DNA from: a virus
Lineage: Duplodnaviria; Caudoviricetes
Reading direction: 5' to 3' (one strand)
DNA: 64,000 bases
Virus record (IMG/VR): IMGVR_UViG_3300022876_000002
The position numbers and the translations under genes were made by a program. How positions within the stretch are numbered: the first letter of the stretch is position 1; the number at the start of each line of letters is the position of its first letter. Positions 20,470 through 30,764 of this stretch are shown piece by piece. The notes beneath the pieces were generated by a model. It was not told where the DNA came from. It made no database searches and saw only the letters and a program-made list of their open reading frames with translations.

Positions 20470-21555
20470 TTAGATCGCGTAGATCTTGATCAGTGCCACG
20501 TGTGCTGCACGCAGACGCACGTTGGAGATCTCGATCAGCTTGGCTACTTTGATAGCCTGGTTCATTACCACACGCAGAGTGCCCAACAGCAACTTGAGAC
20601 GCTCTTTGTCTTTACCTTCTTTGGCTTCCTTCATTTGCTTCTCAGTGTCATTGAAGATCGACTGCATCTTCGACTTCTTCTGATTGAAGGATTCACCCAG
20701 GGTTTTCATCGCATCGACGTTAGCCTGGATAGCACGGCCAAAGGCTACTACTTTGCCCACAGTGTCCAGCTCCATTGCTTTATCAAGCATGGGGATGAAG
20801 GTGCGGTCTTTGACGATAACCTTGCTTACTTCAGCTTCGATATCGATCAATACATCCACAGCAGCATGGTTGGATTGCATGAGACGATCGTTGGCTTCAG
20901 AGTACTTGCGGTTTTTCTCGTCGGTAACGATCTTGTTGAAACCGTTTTTGGCGGTAACAGCAGCTTTGATCGCCTCGGCGGCCTTGAGTTTGGCTTTCTT
21001 GTTAAGCTTGTGGATCTTTTTCAGAGCCACCTTAACAGCCGCTTTGACTTCCTGAGGTGTGCGCGCAGCACGGAGCTCATCTGCCAGGGCCTGGTCACCG
21101 TTTTCCGCTGCGACGCTAGCCATGGCACTGGCTTGCTTCTTGGCGTCCTCGTCAGACTGGGTCCCGTTCTCGGCAGCAGTAGCGTCCTTGTTCTGCTCGT
21201 CGATCTCTTTCTTGGTCTTATCCGCTTCCTCAGCGTTGTCACGACCAAAGAAGAAACCCCACACCGACTTGAACATGTCGCACAGCCATTTCCAGGCAGC
21301 AGCAAAGCCGTTGCCAATGGCAGAGAACACACCACCTTCTTCGTTACCGGCCAGCTGGCTGTGACTGATCACACCGTTGGCGAACAGCACGCCAGCAAAG
21401 TAACGCTGGTTAGCAGTAAGGCTGATGGACTCACCGCCAGCCACTGCATCCATTTGATCCACGGAGTCTTCCAGGGCATCCAACATTACGTTGACTTCTG
21501 GGAGGTCCGGTACAGCTTGTACGTAGTCCGTACTGTACTCGTCGGTGTTGTCCAT
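20470..21555 (-). CDS. Head protein paralog outside the main cluster
   Basis: 361 aa with AGGES and AGNEEG motifs, then GVFSAIGNGFAAAWKWLCDMFKSVWGFFFG. Confidence 0.65.
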   Translation of the reverse strand: MDNTDEYSTDYVQAVPDLPEVNVMLDALEDSVDQMDAVAGGESISLTANQRYFAGVLFANGVISHSQLAGNEEGGVFSAIGNGFAAAWKWLCDMFKSVWGFFFGRDNAEEADKTKKEIDEQNKDATAAENGTQSDEDAKKQASAMASVAAENGDQALADELRAARTPQEVKAAVKVALKKIHKLNKKAKLKAAEAIKAAVTAKNGFNKIVTDEKNRKYSEANDRLMQSNHAAVDVLIDIEAEVSKVIVKDRTFIPMLDKAMELDTVGKVVAFGRAIQANVDAMKTLGESFNQKKSKMQSIFNDTEKQMKEAKEGKDKERLKLLLGTLRVVMNQAIKVAKLIEISNVRLRAAHVALIKIYAI

Positions 21556-21563
21556 GACGGTCC

Positions 21564-22346
21564 TTAGCGAGCCGCTACCAGTGTGTTGAAATACATGGTA
21601 ACGTTTTGTTTACCGACTTCGCGGAGATCTGCAATCACGGTAGCGATATCAGTTTGCTGACGCAGCCGCGCGCGGTTGGTCCAGTTCACTGCGATCTTGG
21701 TGAGGAAGGTCACGTAATCGGTGTAACGGTTGATGGACTGCTGGGAGTAGTGTCCCTGCAGGTTTTTGAGGAAGCGCAGTGCTTCGCCGGAACGGAACAG
21801 TTCCTTGTTGTCCACAATCATGCGGATCAGGGCATCTGTAACGATCTTGAATTTCTCGAAGTCCAGGCTGGTGGACTCACCGACGGTTTCGATGAAGCTC
21901 ACTTGTTCCAGACGCTGTTCTTCGATACTGGCAAAGCCCACTTCACCTTTCAGGTGGCGCAGGTGCTTCTCGATGCGACGCAGCATGATGTTGGTAACAG
22001 CGCTGCCGCCATCTGCTACCATTTCAGGGCCAGGCACGACGTTCGGTACTTCGTCCAGGCTAGCTTCGCCCTTTTCCACTTCCAGGCTTACGTCAGGACC
22101 TGGTGCTGGCTCGGTGGGTTCGGTTGGATCTGGGGTAACTGGTTGTTCGGTCACTGGGCCTACCTCGTCGATTACTGGGGGAGTCCAGTCCGGTTCTGGT
22201 TCTGGTTCGGGCTCAACTGCGTCGATCGGAGCGATCGGTTCGTCTTTGAGGATTACATCACCTTCTTTTGGAGCTGCGGTTGCTGCTGCCACAGCAGTGG
22301 CCACTGCGGTAGTAGTAGCGGTAGGAGTCTTATCTTCCTTTGCCAT
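21564..22346 (-). CDS. Hypothetical protein with Pro/Glu/Thr-rich N-terminus
   Basis: Start moved to MAKEDK (22346), which has GAGG upstream; helical C-terminal domain. Confidence 0.65.
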   Translation of the reverse strand: MAKEDKTPTATTTAVATAVAAATAAPKEGDVILKDEPIAPIDAVEPEPEPEPDWTPPVIDEVGPVTEQPVTPDPTEPTEPAPGPDVSLEVEKGEASLDEVPNVVPGPEMVADGGSAVTNIMLRRIEKHLRHLKGEVGFASIEEQRLEQVSFIETVGESTSLDFEKFKIVTDALIRMIVDNKELFRSGEALRFLKNLQGHYSQQSINRYTDYVTFLTKIAVNWTNRARLRQQTDIATVIADLREVGKQNVTMYFNTLVAAR

Positions 22347-22435
22347 GTCACAAACCTCTATTTCGAAATAGAATAAGCTGTTGCTGATCAGCATAAAATA
22401 CCCCCTAGCCCGTTAAGGCTAGAGGGTATTAAACA

Positions 22436-22903
22436 CTAACGGGGTTTTACTAATCGTGGATCAAAGCCAGCTTTACGGAGATCTTCCTGTTGCTCTTTCG
22501 GTAACCCTTGTCGCTGTTCTTCTGCTTTACGACGGGCTTCTTCAGCCTTATCGCGTTTGTTGAGGCCTTTACTAACAGCCTCTAGAAACTCATCCACTAC
22601 AGCAGACGGCATTTCCAGGTAGTCCTTAGGAGTCATTAACTCACCGAGTTTATGGTATCCGAAGTACTCACCTACCTGTTCCGTCGACCATGGGTGGAAG
22701 AAAGCGTTCTCAGCAGGGTTGTAGGCGATCGAGGAGTAAGGTGTACGTGTTTTAGGATCATAGCGCTCGAAGTTGATGTCTACCATCATTTTCTCATTGA
22801 GCAGCAAGGTCTCCGGTAGCATCTGTTTGACAGACTTACCCAACAGACTACGAGTGATACCTTCATGAACCGTATTAAACGTTACCTTACCCCCCGGTCC
22901 CAC
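22436..22903 (-). CDS. Hypothetical protein, possible tail/baseplate assembly chaperone
   Basis: 155 aa; the segment PKDYLEMPSAVVDEFLEAV resembles T4 gp51 and tail-chaperone C-termini. Confidence 0.4.
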   Translation of the reverse strand: MGPGGKVTFNTVHEGITRSLLGKSVKQMLPETLLLNEKMMVDINFERYDPKTRTPYSSIAYNPAENAFFHPWSTEQVGEYFGYHKLGELMTPKDYLEMPSAVVDEFLEAVSKGLNKRDKAEEARRKAEEQRQGLPKEQQEDLRKAGFDPRLVKPR

Positions 22904-22908
22904 TTTAC

Positions 22909-24600
22909 CTATTCGGAGAGGGCTTCTGCCCGTACGTCGTGGTTTTCCGCGGCGCTCTGAATCATCAGCAACTGGATGTGGGTAAAAAAAGCCATGATCG
23001 GATCGATCGGGGTGTAGCCCAGCTTACGCAGCTTGATGTTGTCCGGATCTTCCAGATGACCTTGATTGGTCTTGCACTTCGGACAGTCGAAGTTCTGCAG
23101 GCCGACGAAGGTCTTCGACAGGAACGGAACCTTGTTGATGATATCTCGGGTCAGCGCACGGTTGAGCCATGGGCTGTCCTTGATAACCTCCAACAGACCA
23201 CCGTTGAAGTCGTTCATGTCTTTGGCATTCTGCCGATCCAGGATGTGGTCCTTGTCATCGGAGTCAGGTGCTGCCACAGCCACGAACTTCGAGATCCAGT
23301 GGATGTACTCAGTGGCACCCAGGTCGGTGTACAGCATATTGCGCTGGGTGTCGTACTCTTCCGGATCGATGATGCTGGTACGCAGTTCAGCCAGCTTAGG
23401 CGAGATCCGACCGGCGTAGTAGTCGAAGGTCATGAACGCATCGGCCAACGACGGCGAAGCCAGCTCCAGGTAAAGTGACTGGTCTTCGTTGTACACCTTG
23501 TTGGTGTCCAAGCCGAAGTGTGCTGCATTGATCAGCACCAGGGTTTCTTCGCTGGTGTAAGTGACCTTGTGGTTGAAGAGGTTAGCGTAGATCGCAGCCT
23601 CTTCATCCGTGGTGTGGTAGTCACGGTGGTGTACCAGGAGTTCAGGATCTACCAGTTGAAAGTCTTTCCAGTCACAACCAGGCTTGGAGCAGATCAGTTG
23701 CATGCCAACACCTTTGCTGGTGTAAGCGCGCAGCAGAGCCATGGTCAGTGCATCGATATCCGACCAACGAATGATCGAGGCCAGCTGACGGTAGTCACCG
23801 ATGTCGCTGATACTGGAATAGGTCAGACGCTCGGCAATGAAGTTCCAGATAACGCGAGCAGCAGCCACACGGGCCAGTACTACGCTATTGTTGTTCACTT
23901 GACGCACGTAGCCTTTGATCGACGCTTTGATGTCGTTGATCAGCTGACCCATGTCCATCTTGGACGGACGAGCCATTACCAGCTTGGTGAACGAGTTGCG
24001 CAGCTCGATGTCGAACATCAAGCGACCGTCTTCGGCCTTCAGGGAACGACGACGCATGATCTCAGAGTCTTTCAGACCCTTGCCACCGTTACCAGGCTTA
24101 CGACCGGAGATATCTGGAGTTACCAGACCGCCACGGTCGGAGACGTTGGAGATTCCGAGCTCACGGATCGCATTGGACCGGCTACGGACGTCGTCCAGGT
24201 ATTCGGTGTAGAACGCCACCATGCGCTGTGCTTTGTCTTCGGCTTCTTCCAGAGTCAGGTCTGGGTAGTTGTCTTCGACAAAGCGAGCCCAGTCTTGGTT
24301 CTGCTTTTCAGCAGCCAGGGCATAACGCTGTGGGTCTTCCTGCGCATAGCGCTCGACGGTAAGCTTCTGGATGTACGGAGACATCAGCTTAGCATCGTGG
24401 TCACGGCTTTCTTTACTGTTTCCAAGAAATACCGTGATGAAGCCCTGCGCCCGCTCGTCTTCAGTAAGCTGACGGATAAAGCTGTTCTTTGGCTCTACCC
24501 GGGTATTCATGGTGGTGTTGCCAGCCTCGTGCACCTGGCTATAGCTAGCCTTCGGGCGCTCTGGTACTGGTTGTCCTTCGTTCAGTTCGTCATTAGACAT
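22909..24600 (-). CDS. Conserved protein with two Cys pairs, possible baseplate-hub assembly factor
   Basis: 563 aa with CSKPGC and CPKC motifs. Confidence 0.5.
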   Translation of the reverse strand: MSNDELNEGQPVPERPKASYSQVHEAGNTTMNTRVEPKNSFIRQLTEDERAQGFITVFLGNSKESRDHDAKLMSPYIQKLTVERYAQEDPQRYALAAEKQNQDWARFVEDNYPDLTLEEAEDKAQRMVAFYTEYLDDVRSRSNAIRELGISNVSDRGGLVTPDISGRKPGNGGKGLKDSEIMRRRSLKAEDGRLMFDIELRNSFTKLVMARPSKMDMGQLINDIKASIKGYVRQVNNNSVVLARVAAARVIWNFIAERLTYSSISDIGDYRQLASIIRWSDIDALTMALLRAYTSKGVGMQLICSKPGCDWKDFQLVDPELLVHHRDYHTTDEEAAIYANLFNHKVTYTSEETLVLINAAHFGLDTNKVYNEDQSLYLELASPSLADAFMTFDYYAGRISPKLAELRTSIIDPEEYDTQRNMLYTDLGATEYIHWISKFVAVAAPDSDDKDHILDRQNAKDMNDFNGGLLEVIKDSPWLNRALTRDIINKVPFLSKTFVGLQNFDCPKCKTNQGHLEDPDNIKLRKLGYTPIDPIMAFFTHIQLLMIQSAAENHDVRAEALSE

Positions 24601-24611
24601 AAAACAAACCC

Positions 24612-25379
24612 TTAGTTGATATCTTTGATCACGCGAGGCTCGTCACCCATCGGGGTGAGTTCAGCCATGGAGATGTCACCAGCTTCGATGAACTCGGCGG
24701 GAAGGTCGTCTTCTTCATCGGCAGGCGACTCAGGTACTTCTACCTGGGCGATAGTACGATACAGGTGTTGAATACGGGCGATACGCTGGTCGTGCAACTC
24801 GAACGCGTAGTTCATGTCGGTAGTACCGGGTTCTTTGTGTTCTTTGGTGTACTCTTCGATCATTGCCTGGTTAGGCTTCAGTAGTTCTTCGAATACCGGA
24901 CGGGCGTGGAAGTGCATGCACTCGGTCACGTTGTCGAACAGGTGGACGTAGATCTCGACGAAGTCGTCCATGGTCTGGCCTTCATCCATCAGGATGCGGA
25001 TCGCAGTCATGTCTTCGGCGATTTGCACGATCAGACGGTCGAAGTTGTCTACCAGTTCCTGGATAGCTGGCGTGAACTCGATCTTGCCCTCGTTCTTGAG
25101 GATCTCGGCAACTTCCACAGCGGAGTGGATAGGTGCGAACATTTCCACGATGCCCAGGATCTGTTTAGTGACCTCCAGGTTATCCGGCAGTTTCTTGCCT
25201 TGCTTCTTGTCGACCAGAAGATCCTTGTACTTTCCGACGGTAGCCATGATACCCTTGCTGGCCAGTTCGAACTGGAGCTTGGAATTGGAAACCCGACGGA
25301 CTTCAGTCTTCTTGCCACCTTTACGCTTCTTAGCGCGTTGTTGACGTTTTGCTGCCATGGCTTGATTTTTAGTGCCCAT
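24612..25379 (-). CDS. Hypothetical protein with basic N-terminus
   Basis: 255 aa; KRQQRAKKRKGGKK at the N-terminus, an acidic C-terminus and strongly biased codons. Confidence 0.7.
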   Translation of the reverse strand: MGTKNQAMAAKRQQRAKKRKGGKKTEVRRVSNSKLQFELASKGIMATVGKYKDLLVDKKQGKKLPDNLEVTKQILGIVEMFAPIHSAVEVAEILKNEGKIEFTPAIQELVDNFDRLIVQIAEDMTAIRILMDEGQTMDDFVEIYVHLFDNVTECMHFHARPVFEELLKPNQAMIEEYTKEHKEPGTTDMNYAFELHDQRIARIQHLYRTIAQVEVPESPADEEDDLPAEFIEAGDISMAELTPMGDEPRVIKDIN

Positions 25380-25417
25380 GAATGCTATGTTCCCTTTGAC
25401 CTGGTCGTGGAGTTTAT

Positions 25418-26374
25418 ATGTTAATCAATGCTGAAGAAGCCATTTTGCTAGCTGACGATGAAGACCTAGCGGCAAATGTCATCGGCGGCCCATGGTTGCT
25501 GTTTAAGCAAACCATCCCTGAGGCACAGGCTAAAATATTGGTCAATGCGTTTAATTTAATTCTGCTGACTGATGGTGCGACCAGTGAACCCGAAGAGATC
25601 GATGAAGACTCGATCATGGGACGTACCGGATCACTCCTACCAGTCATGGTGCAGAACCTGTTAGTGGATGAGGCGGTGTCCACCCCTAACAAGAAAGCGC
25701 ATATGTACGAGTTCATGATTGACAATACAATGTCTTTATTACAAGGCATTGGTATTACCCTAGATGAGAAGTACACCACAGCAGAAATGCTGCCGTTCAT
25801 CTGTAAGATAGGGTACTTCTTCTATGAGATGCAGGGCTACCAAGACCTGATTGGTTTGGCTTCTTCGTTGGAGTCATATGACGTAGCCCCAGTAGATCGT
25901 TTCCTGCTGGTGATGCAACGTTACCTCGGTGAGGAAACCGACATGACCAACTACGAACTACTGATCTCGGACGTCTCGGAAGTAACACTCAAAGCTATCA
26001 AAGACGGGTTGGAAGGTGATGACCCATCAGTAGGGCTCCCAGAGCCTCTGATCAAGCGTGTGAAGGCGAACATCCCTTCACTCGAAGGTACGATAGCCTA
26101 CACGCACATTCGCTCCAATGGGCAGCTTGGGGGCTCTGTAGAGAGCTTCTTGAACTTCTTCCAACAAGAGCTTCGTCCACTGGTAGATAACCTTACTGGT
26201 GACAACGTCTTGCCATACTTCAAAGAGCTGATTGGTTTCTATCTGATCAGTGAGGTTAATGACCACGCCATCCGTAACCACCTGAACAAGGCAGTGTACG
26301 ATCTGGTGGATGACATGGTTATTCTTAACAAGGCAGAAGCACTGATCAATAAGCTGGTACTCGCTAATGACTAA
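25418..26374 (+). CDS. Conserved hypothetical protein
   Basis: 318 aa acidic ORF coupled to the virion RNAP gene. Confidence 0.65.
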   Translation: MLINAEEAILLADDEDLAANVIGGPWLLFKQTIPEAQAKILVNAFNLILLTDGATSEPEEIDEDSIMGRTGSLLPVMVQNLLVDEAVSTPNKKAHMYEFMIDNTMSLLQGIGITLDEKYTTAEMLPFICKIGYFFYEMQGYQDLIGLASSLESYDVAPVDRFLLVMQRYLGEETDMTNYELLISDVSEVTLKAIKDGLEGDDPSVGLPEPLIKRVKANIPSLEGTIAYTHIRSNGQLGGSVESFLNFFQQELRPLVDNLTGDNVLPYFKELIGFYLISEVNDHAIRNHLNKAVYDLVDDMVILNKAEALINKLVLAND

Positions 26375-27662
26375 ATTAGAATTCCTAAAGATCTGGTTAG
26401 CTAACCAGGGCTATGCTGAGAAGGCTGCTGTACAGTCAGTGATCTCGATTCAGTTTGAAGACGAGGACTCTGCTGGTGCTTTCCGTAAAGTCCCTTGGGC
26501 TGTCTGGGTTGAAGGCGGTGTGTATAAATGCCACATTGATGGTTCGGATGTGACCATAGATGGCAAAGTAGATCGTCCGTTGTTTGTTAACGACGATTAC
26601 ATCGATCTACCTGGCGACTTCCATCCGGTACTACGTGGCGCTAAGACCGACACTACCTTCGGTCTGTTGTTGTTCAACATTATCCTGTTCTGGGAAGTGT
26701 TCGGTACCAAGGTGCCTTACGTTAACGAGGAGTTTACTCCTAAGCTTATCCAAGGGTTCTTGTCTGACCTGATGGTAGACAACCCCAAGGAAGGCGAGCA
26801 GGTGCCTGAGGGTAAAGCCTCGGTAGACGACTGCATGAAGTTCACCCGTCACTGTAACTTCCTGGAAGGCCTGGGTACCTACTTCGTGCGGCCTGGTGGG
26901 ATTGAGATGCTCACCATCAGTCCTGCTATCCTCAAGCGTAAAGACGAGCTGATGGCTAAGCTGAAAGCCGACGGCAAGATGAACGACCCAGTAGCTGTAA
27001 CTAAGGCTATTGATGAGCTCGTCAAAATGGACCGTGAGGAGATCATGAACGGTCCTGGGGCTACGTTTATCATTAACGATGGCTTCATCAGTAACGCCCG
27101 TAAACGTATGTTCATCGCCTTTGGTATTGAACCTAAAGGTGACGGTTGGGTGTTCCTCAACATGTCCCTGGATGAGGGCATGGATCCAGATGAGATCGTG
27201 GCGTATATCAACACAGCTATTGCTGGTTCGTATAGCCGTTCGAAATCTACTGGTGAAGGCGGTGCACAGGTTAAAGAGGTACTGAAACTCGTAGGTCGTC
27301 GTAAGGTCGATCTGGCTGACTGCGGTACTACTGTTGGTGAGCCAATCCAGATGCATGAACTTACTGCTCAGAAATGGGCTGGTAGTTTTTACATCGTTAA
27401 TGGTAAGACCGAACAGTTAACCAAAGAGGTGGCACTGGCTAGCTTCGGCAAACGTCTGGTTATCCGTACCCCTAATGGTTGCCGTAACCCTGAGGGTAAC
27501 TACTGTGCTACTTGCTGTGGTACTGGCTTGGGTAAACTGGCTACTCGTCTGTCTGCTGAGGTCGTGCGTATCCCTACCAACATGATGCTGGGGCGTATGA
27601 AAGCTGCTCACGTGGCTGGTGGTAAGACTACTCGGTTGAACCTGGCTACTGCGATCAAATAA
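26367..27662 (+). CDS. Virion RNA polymerase beta-prime-like subunit (phiKZ gp80-like)
   Basis: Bridge-helix-region motif GSYSRSKSTGEGG and the zinc site DCGT...RTPNGC...CATCCG. Confidence 0.8.
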   Translation: MTKLEFLKIWLANQGYAEKAAVQSVISIQFEDEDSAGAFRKVPWAVWVEGGVYKCHIDGSDVTIDGKVDRPLFVNDDYIDLPGDFHPVLRGAKTDTTFGLLLFNIILFWEVFGTKVPYVNEEFTPKLIQGFLSDLMVDNPKEGEQVPEGKASVDDCMKFTRHCNFLEGLGTYFVRPGGIEMLTISPAILKRKDELMAKLKADGKMNDPVAVTKAIDELVKMDREEIMNGPGATFIINDGFISNARKRMFIAFGIEPKGDGWVFLNMSLDEGMDPDEIVAYINTAIAGSYSRSKSTGEGGAQVKEVLKLVGRRKVDLADCGTTVGEPIQMHELTAQKWAGSFYIVNGKTEQLTKEVALASFGKRLVIRTPNGCRNPEGNYCATCCGTGLGKLATRLSAEVVRIPTNMMLGRMKAAHVAGGKTTRLNLATAIK

Positions 27663-27680
27663 CAAAAAAATAAACCTTAC

Positions 27681-27712
27681 CTACTCCTAGTCCCTTGCGG
27701 GACTAGGAGTAG
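27681..27712. terminator. Bidirectional hairpin between convergent genes
   Basis: 14-bp perfect stem with a TTGC loop and a flanking A7 tract. Confidence 0.75.
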
Positions 27713-27720
27713 TGCAGGAA

Positions 27721-28323
27721 TTAACTACGCTGATTGAACAAAGCGTTCTGGAACGACAGCTTGCTCGGGTCAAACAATGCCTTGAGTTCTGCAACTCCGG
27801 GATCTTGGTCAAATATCAAATCAGCCAAACTGACTGGTCTGGTATCTGGGGTGCTCTTCGGCATAATACAAAATGCGATACGGTCAGGCAAATGGAGTGC
27901 GTTAAAACGGAACCCCTTTGCTATCTGTGGATCTTGGAATACTTCATCCAGTGAATGAATCTCACCAGGATCGTTAAACTCTTCAATGGAGATAATCGCG
28001 ATACCTAGTTTGTCTGCGATCTGTTCGTGGGCGTCGGAGTTGAACCCGTACTCTTTCTCGTCGAGGAAGATCCCACATTCTTCATTGAGTTGCTTATTGA
28101 TATCCAGCAGATAATCAATGGACAAATCATACTGACAGACGTCATCGGGTTGTTCGAGGTCACAATCATCCATGGTCTCGAACGTACCTATTTTGCCTAC
28201 CCGCAAGACTGACAGTATGGAATAGATCGCCTCCAACACCAGGAAGCCCATAAAGGACTCACTGGCATCGGAATAGAGCTCGTCCCTAGTCTCTGGATCC
28301 AGACGTATTATGAAGTTGTGCAT
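27721..28323 (-). CDS. Hypothetical protein
   Basis: 200 aa acidic ORF with AAGGA upstream. Confidence 0.6.
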   Translation of the reverse strand: MHNFIIRLDPETRDELYSDASESFMGFLVLEAIYSILSVLRVGKIGTFETMDDCDLEQPDDVCQYDLSIDYLLDINKQLNEECGIFLDEKEYGFNSDAHEQIADKLGIAIISIEEFNDPGEIHSLDEVFQDPQIAKGFRFNALHLPDRIAFCIMPKSTPDTRPVSLADLIFDQDPGVAELKALFDPSKLSFQNALFNQRS

Positions 28324-28326
28324 TCA

Positions 28327-28731
28327 TCATGATCCTTCACTCAATGTGATGATCAGTTGCAGACCCATGTTGGTCAGACCATTGATCGTGAACGGTTTAC
28401 CCTTGTACGGCACCAGGGTGTGCAAAGCTTCCTGGAACTTGGGGGTCTGTTCGTACATGGCAAACGAGTTGTACAACTCTTGAGCTTCCAGCGAGTAGAA
28501 GTTGTTGAGCTGGTCAACAGTCTGCATGGTGACCGGTGGAGTGATATACTGCTCTACCAGGGTACGTGCGATGTTGTCGAACGGAATACCAGTCATCATG
28601 GAACGCACACGGTGCTCCAAGAGTTTCTGGACGAGGAAATAGTTGCGGAGTTCCTCGATACCTGGAGTGGCAATGAACAGGGTACCGTATTCCGGAATAA
28701 TGGAGCGGGCGATAGGGCTGGTGGTGGTCAT
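28327..28731 (-). CDS. Hypothetical protein
   Basis: 134 aa ORF coupled to its neighbours. Confidence 0.6.
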   Translation of the reverse strand: MTTTSPIARSIIPEYGTLFIATPGIEELRNYFLVQKLLEHRVRSMMTGIPFDNIARTLVEQYITPPVTMQTVDQLNNFYSLEAQELYNSFAMYEQTPKFQEALHTLVPYKGKPFTINGLTNMGLQLIITLSEGS

Positions 28732-29198
28732 GCTTGTAATCCTCGGATAGCCACGGCAATGTGGGTTGCGTGTATTTGAACAGTGACACTCTTTATGACA
28801 ACTGCTTCATATAGAGCGTCGATAGCCTCCCTGTTTAACGTCACTACTTCCTCAAAGAACGTCCCGATAGACTCACAGAGTAAAGCTATCGTTCGATCAG
28901 GATCGTGTTGGTACCGTTCCAGATCTGCACGCCCAGCGCTGCCCATAATGAAGGGCATTTGTTCTAACTCGTAGATGTAATCCTTGAGCTTGGTGTAATA
29001 CCAGGTATCGTCATTGGCTTCATCCGGATCAGCGTAAGCTAATATGAACGACTCCAGACTATCCCTGAGTGTTTGTAATACAAGGTCGCTATAACCGCTT
29101 AATCCTTCCGGCGCTGGCAGGATAAGGCTAAACGACCCTTCTGGATTGAGTAGACTAGGCATGATCAACCTATTCTTTTTCCATTGTTCGTCGCTCAT
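28728..29198 (-). CDS. Hypothetical protein
   Basis: 156 aa ORF with a 4-nt overlap with the next gene. Confidence 0.6.
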   Translation of the reverse strand: MSDEQWKKNRLIMPSLLNPEGSFSLILPAPEGLSGYSDLVLQTLRDSLESFILAYADPDEANDDTWYYTKLKDYIYELEQMPFIMGSAGRADLERYQHDPDRTIALLCESIGTFFEEVVTLNREAIDALYEAVVIKSVTVQIHATHIAVAIRGLQA

Positions 29199-29228
29199 GA
29201 CAGAGCCTTAATAAGGTACAACGCGCTA

Positions 29229-30764
29229 CTATTGCAGCGCGAGACCCGATGTAATTGTTTTCCACGACTTCTGCTTGGGAGCAAAAGCCAGCTTACGTTT
29301 ATGGTAGCAATCGCCATGCTTAGCGATATCCACACATACGGGGAATATGAAACGTGGAGTGATACGACCACCGAACTTACCTAACAGGTTACGCAGGCGG
29401 CCAATCATTTGTTTGTTACGTTGTATAGAGAACACAGTGTGGAAAGATATACAAGTAATCGCACCAGGGATATCTTTACCAGTACCACAACTACCCGGAG
29501 TGGTTACCAGGTTCTCGTGCTCTAAATACTTCTTGGGTGTTTTCTTGTCCAGGGTACCCAAGAACGTATCAAAGTCTGCACCAGGATACTTTTCCCTGAA
29601 CTTTTCCTTCATTACTAAGCACATCTCGATCAGAGTAAAGAAGAAGATACATTTAGTTCCCTCCTCCTTAGCGTCGAGGTAGTAGCGTTGATAAATGTCA
29701 TCTGCCAACTGGAAGTAGAAGTCTGTTGCCTCCTTACTTCGCAAGATGGACTTTTCCAATGCAATGTCGTTGTAGGTACCACCCTGCATTGTCTGGATTT
29801 TGTACTTACGTATATCCATTTGGTAGAGATACGCAAAGATGTCGATGTAGTTCTCAGGCTCTGCCTCTTTAAGCCTGGTCTCTTTAGGCGCCATCGCCTG
29901 ATACATTTTGTTGAGGAACGGATCGTCCCCCTTCATAGTAGCAGACAGCATGAACGTCTTGGCCACGTTGCCGTAGAACATCGACAATGTAACTTCGTGG
30001 AACGACTCGTGTGCTTCGTCGATAATACGCAACCCAGGGTTGATATTAGCGATGATCTCGTCCAGGCAAGGTAAGTTACCATTCTTGCGACGGGAACGCA
30101 TATACGTGCTTATACGAGTCGTAGGGAGGATAATGATCTTAGGATCGATCTTACCTTCCTTACAGAGTTCACCCAACCTAGGCAGGTCGGTGTACTCCCA
30201 AACCAATACATCCTTCGGCGAGATATTGAACATCTCTGCCAAGTCTTTCTGCCAGATGGGAATGTAACGTGGCTGGATAGTAATGATCGTCCGCTTCTGC
30301 ATCAACATCATGCAGTACAGAGCCATGTACGTCTTACCTAGACCCGTGGAGGCTTCGTTTACTTTGAGGGCCCCAGGACCCATTTTGTATTCGATCCACT
30401 CCTTCTGGTTTTCGCGTGGTGTGTTGTATTTCTCCTTAATACTAAATTCAGCATGCGCTCCTTCAATGACGGGTTCGTCTTTGACTTGGATACGAGCACG
30501 GTTGAAGCCCTGCGATGCAGCTAAGCGTAACAGGGGCTCCAATACCGACTTAGGCATGCGGTACTCAGAACGGTCATTGCTAGTGCGGGCAAACACATGT
30601 GTGGGCACCCAGCGTTTCTTGCGTGTACCAGGGATTGGTTCTTGACCGTACTTCGTTAACTCCATTTTGCAGTACTTACGCAGTACTAAGTTCTCGAAAC
30701 CATCTCCGAAATCAAATATGCGTATGTAGTTATTAGCGACGCTTATCGTAGCAACGGAACGCAT
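29229..30764 (-). CDS. Superfamily 2 helicase (phiKZ gp75-like)
   Basis: Walker A ASTGLGKT, Walker B IIDEAHE, motif III SAT and motif VI QMIGR. Confidence 0.9.
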   Translation of the reverse strand: MRSVATISVANNYIRIFDFGDGFENLVLRKYCKMELTKYGQEPIPGTRKKRWVPTHVFARTSNDRSEYRMPKSVLEPLLRLAASQGFNRARIQVKDEPVIEGAHAEFSIKEKYNTPRENQKEWIEYKMGPGALKVNEASTGLGKTYMALYCMMLMQKRTIITIQPRYIPIWQKDLAEMFNISPKDVLVWEYTDLPRLGELCKEGKIDPKIIILPTTRISTYMRSRRKNGNLPCLDEIIANINPGLRIIDEAHESFHEVTLSMFYGNVAKTFMLSATMKGDDPFLNKMYQAMAPKETRLKEAEPENYIDIFAYLYQMDIRKYKIQTMQGGTYNDIALEKSILRSKEATDFYFQLADDIYQRYYLDAKEEGTKCIFFFTLIEMCLVMKEKFREKYPGADFDTFLGTLDKKTPKKYLEHENLVTTPGSCGTGKDIPGAITCISFHTVFSIQRNKQMIGRLRNLLGKFGGRITPRFIFPVCVDIAKHGDCYHKRKLAFAPKQKSWKTITSGLALQ

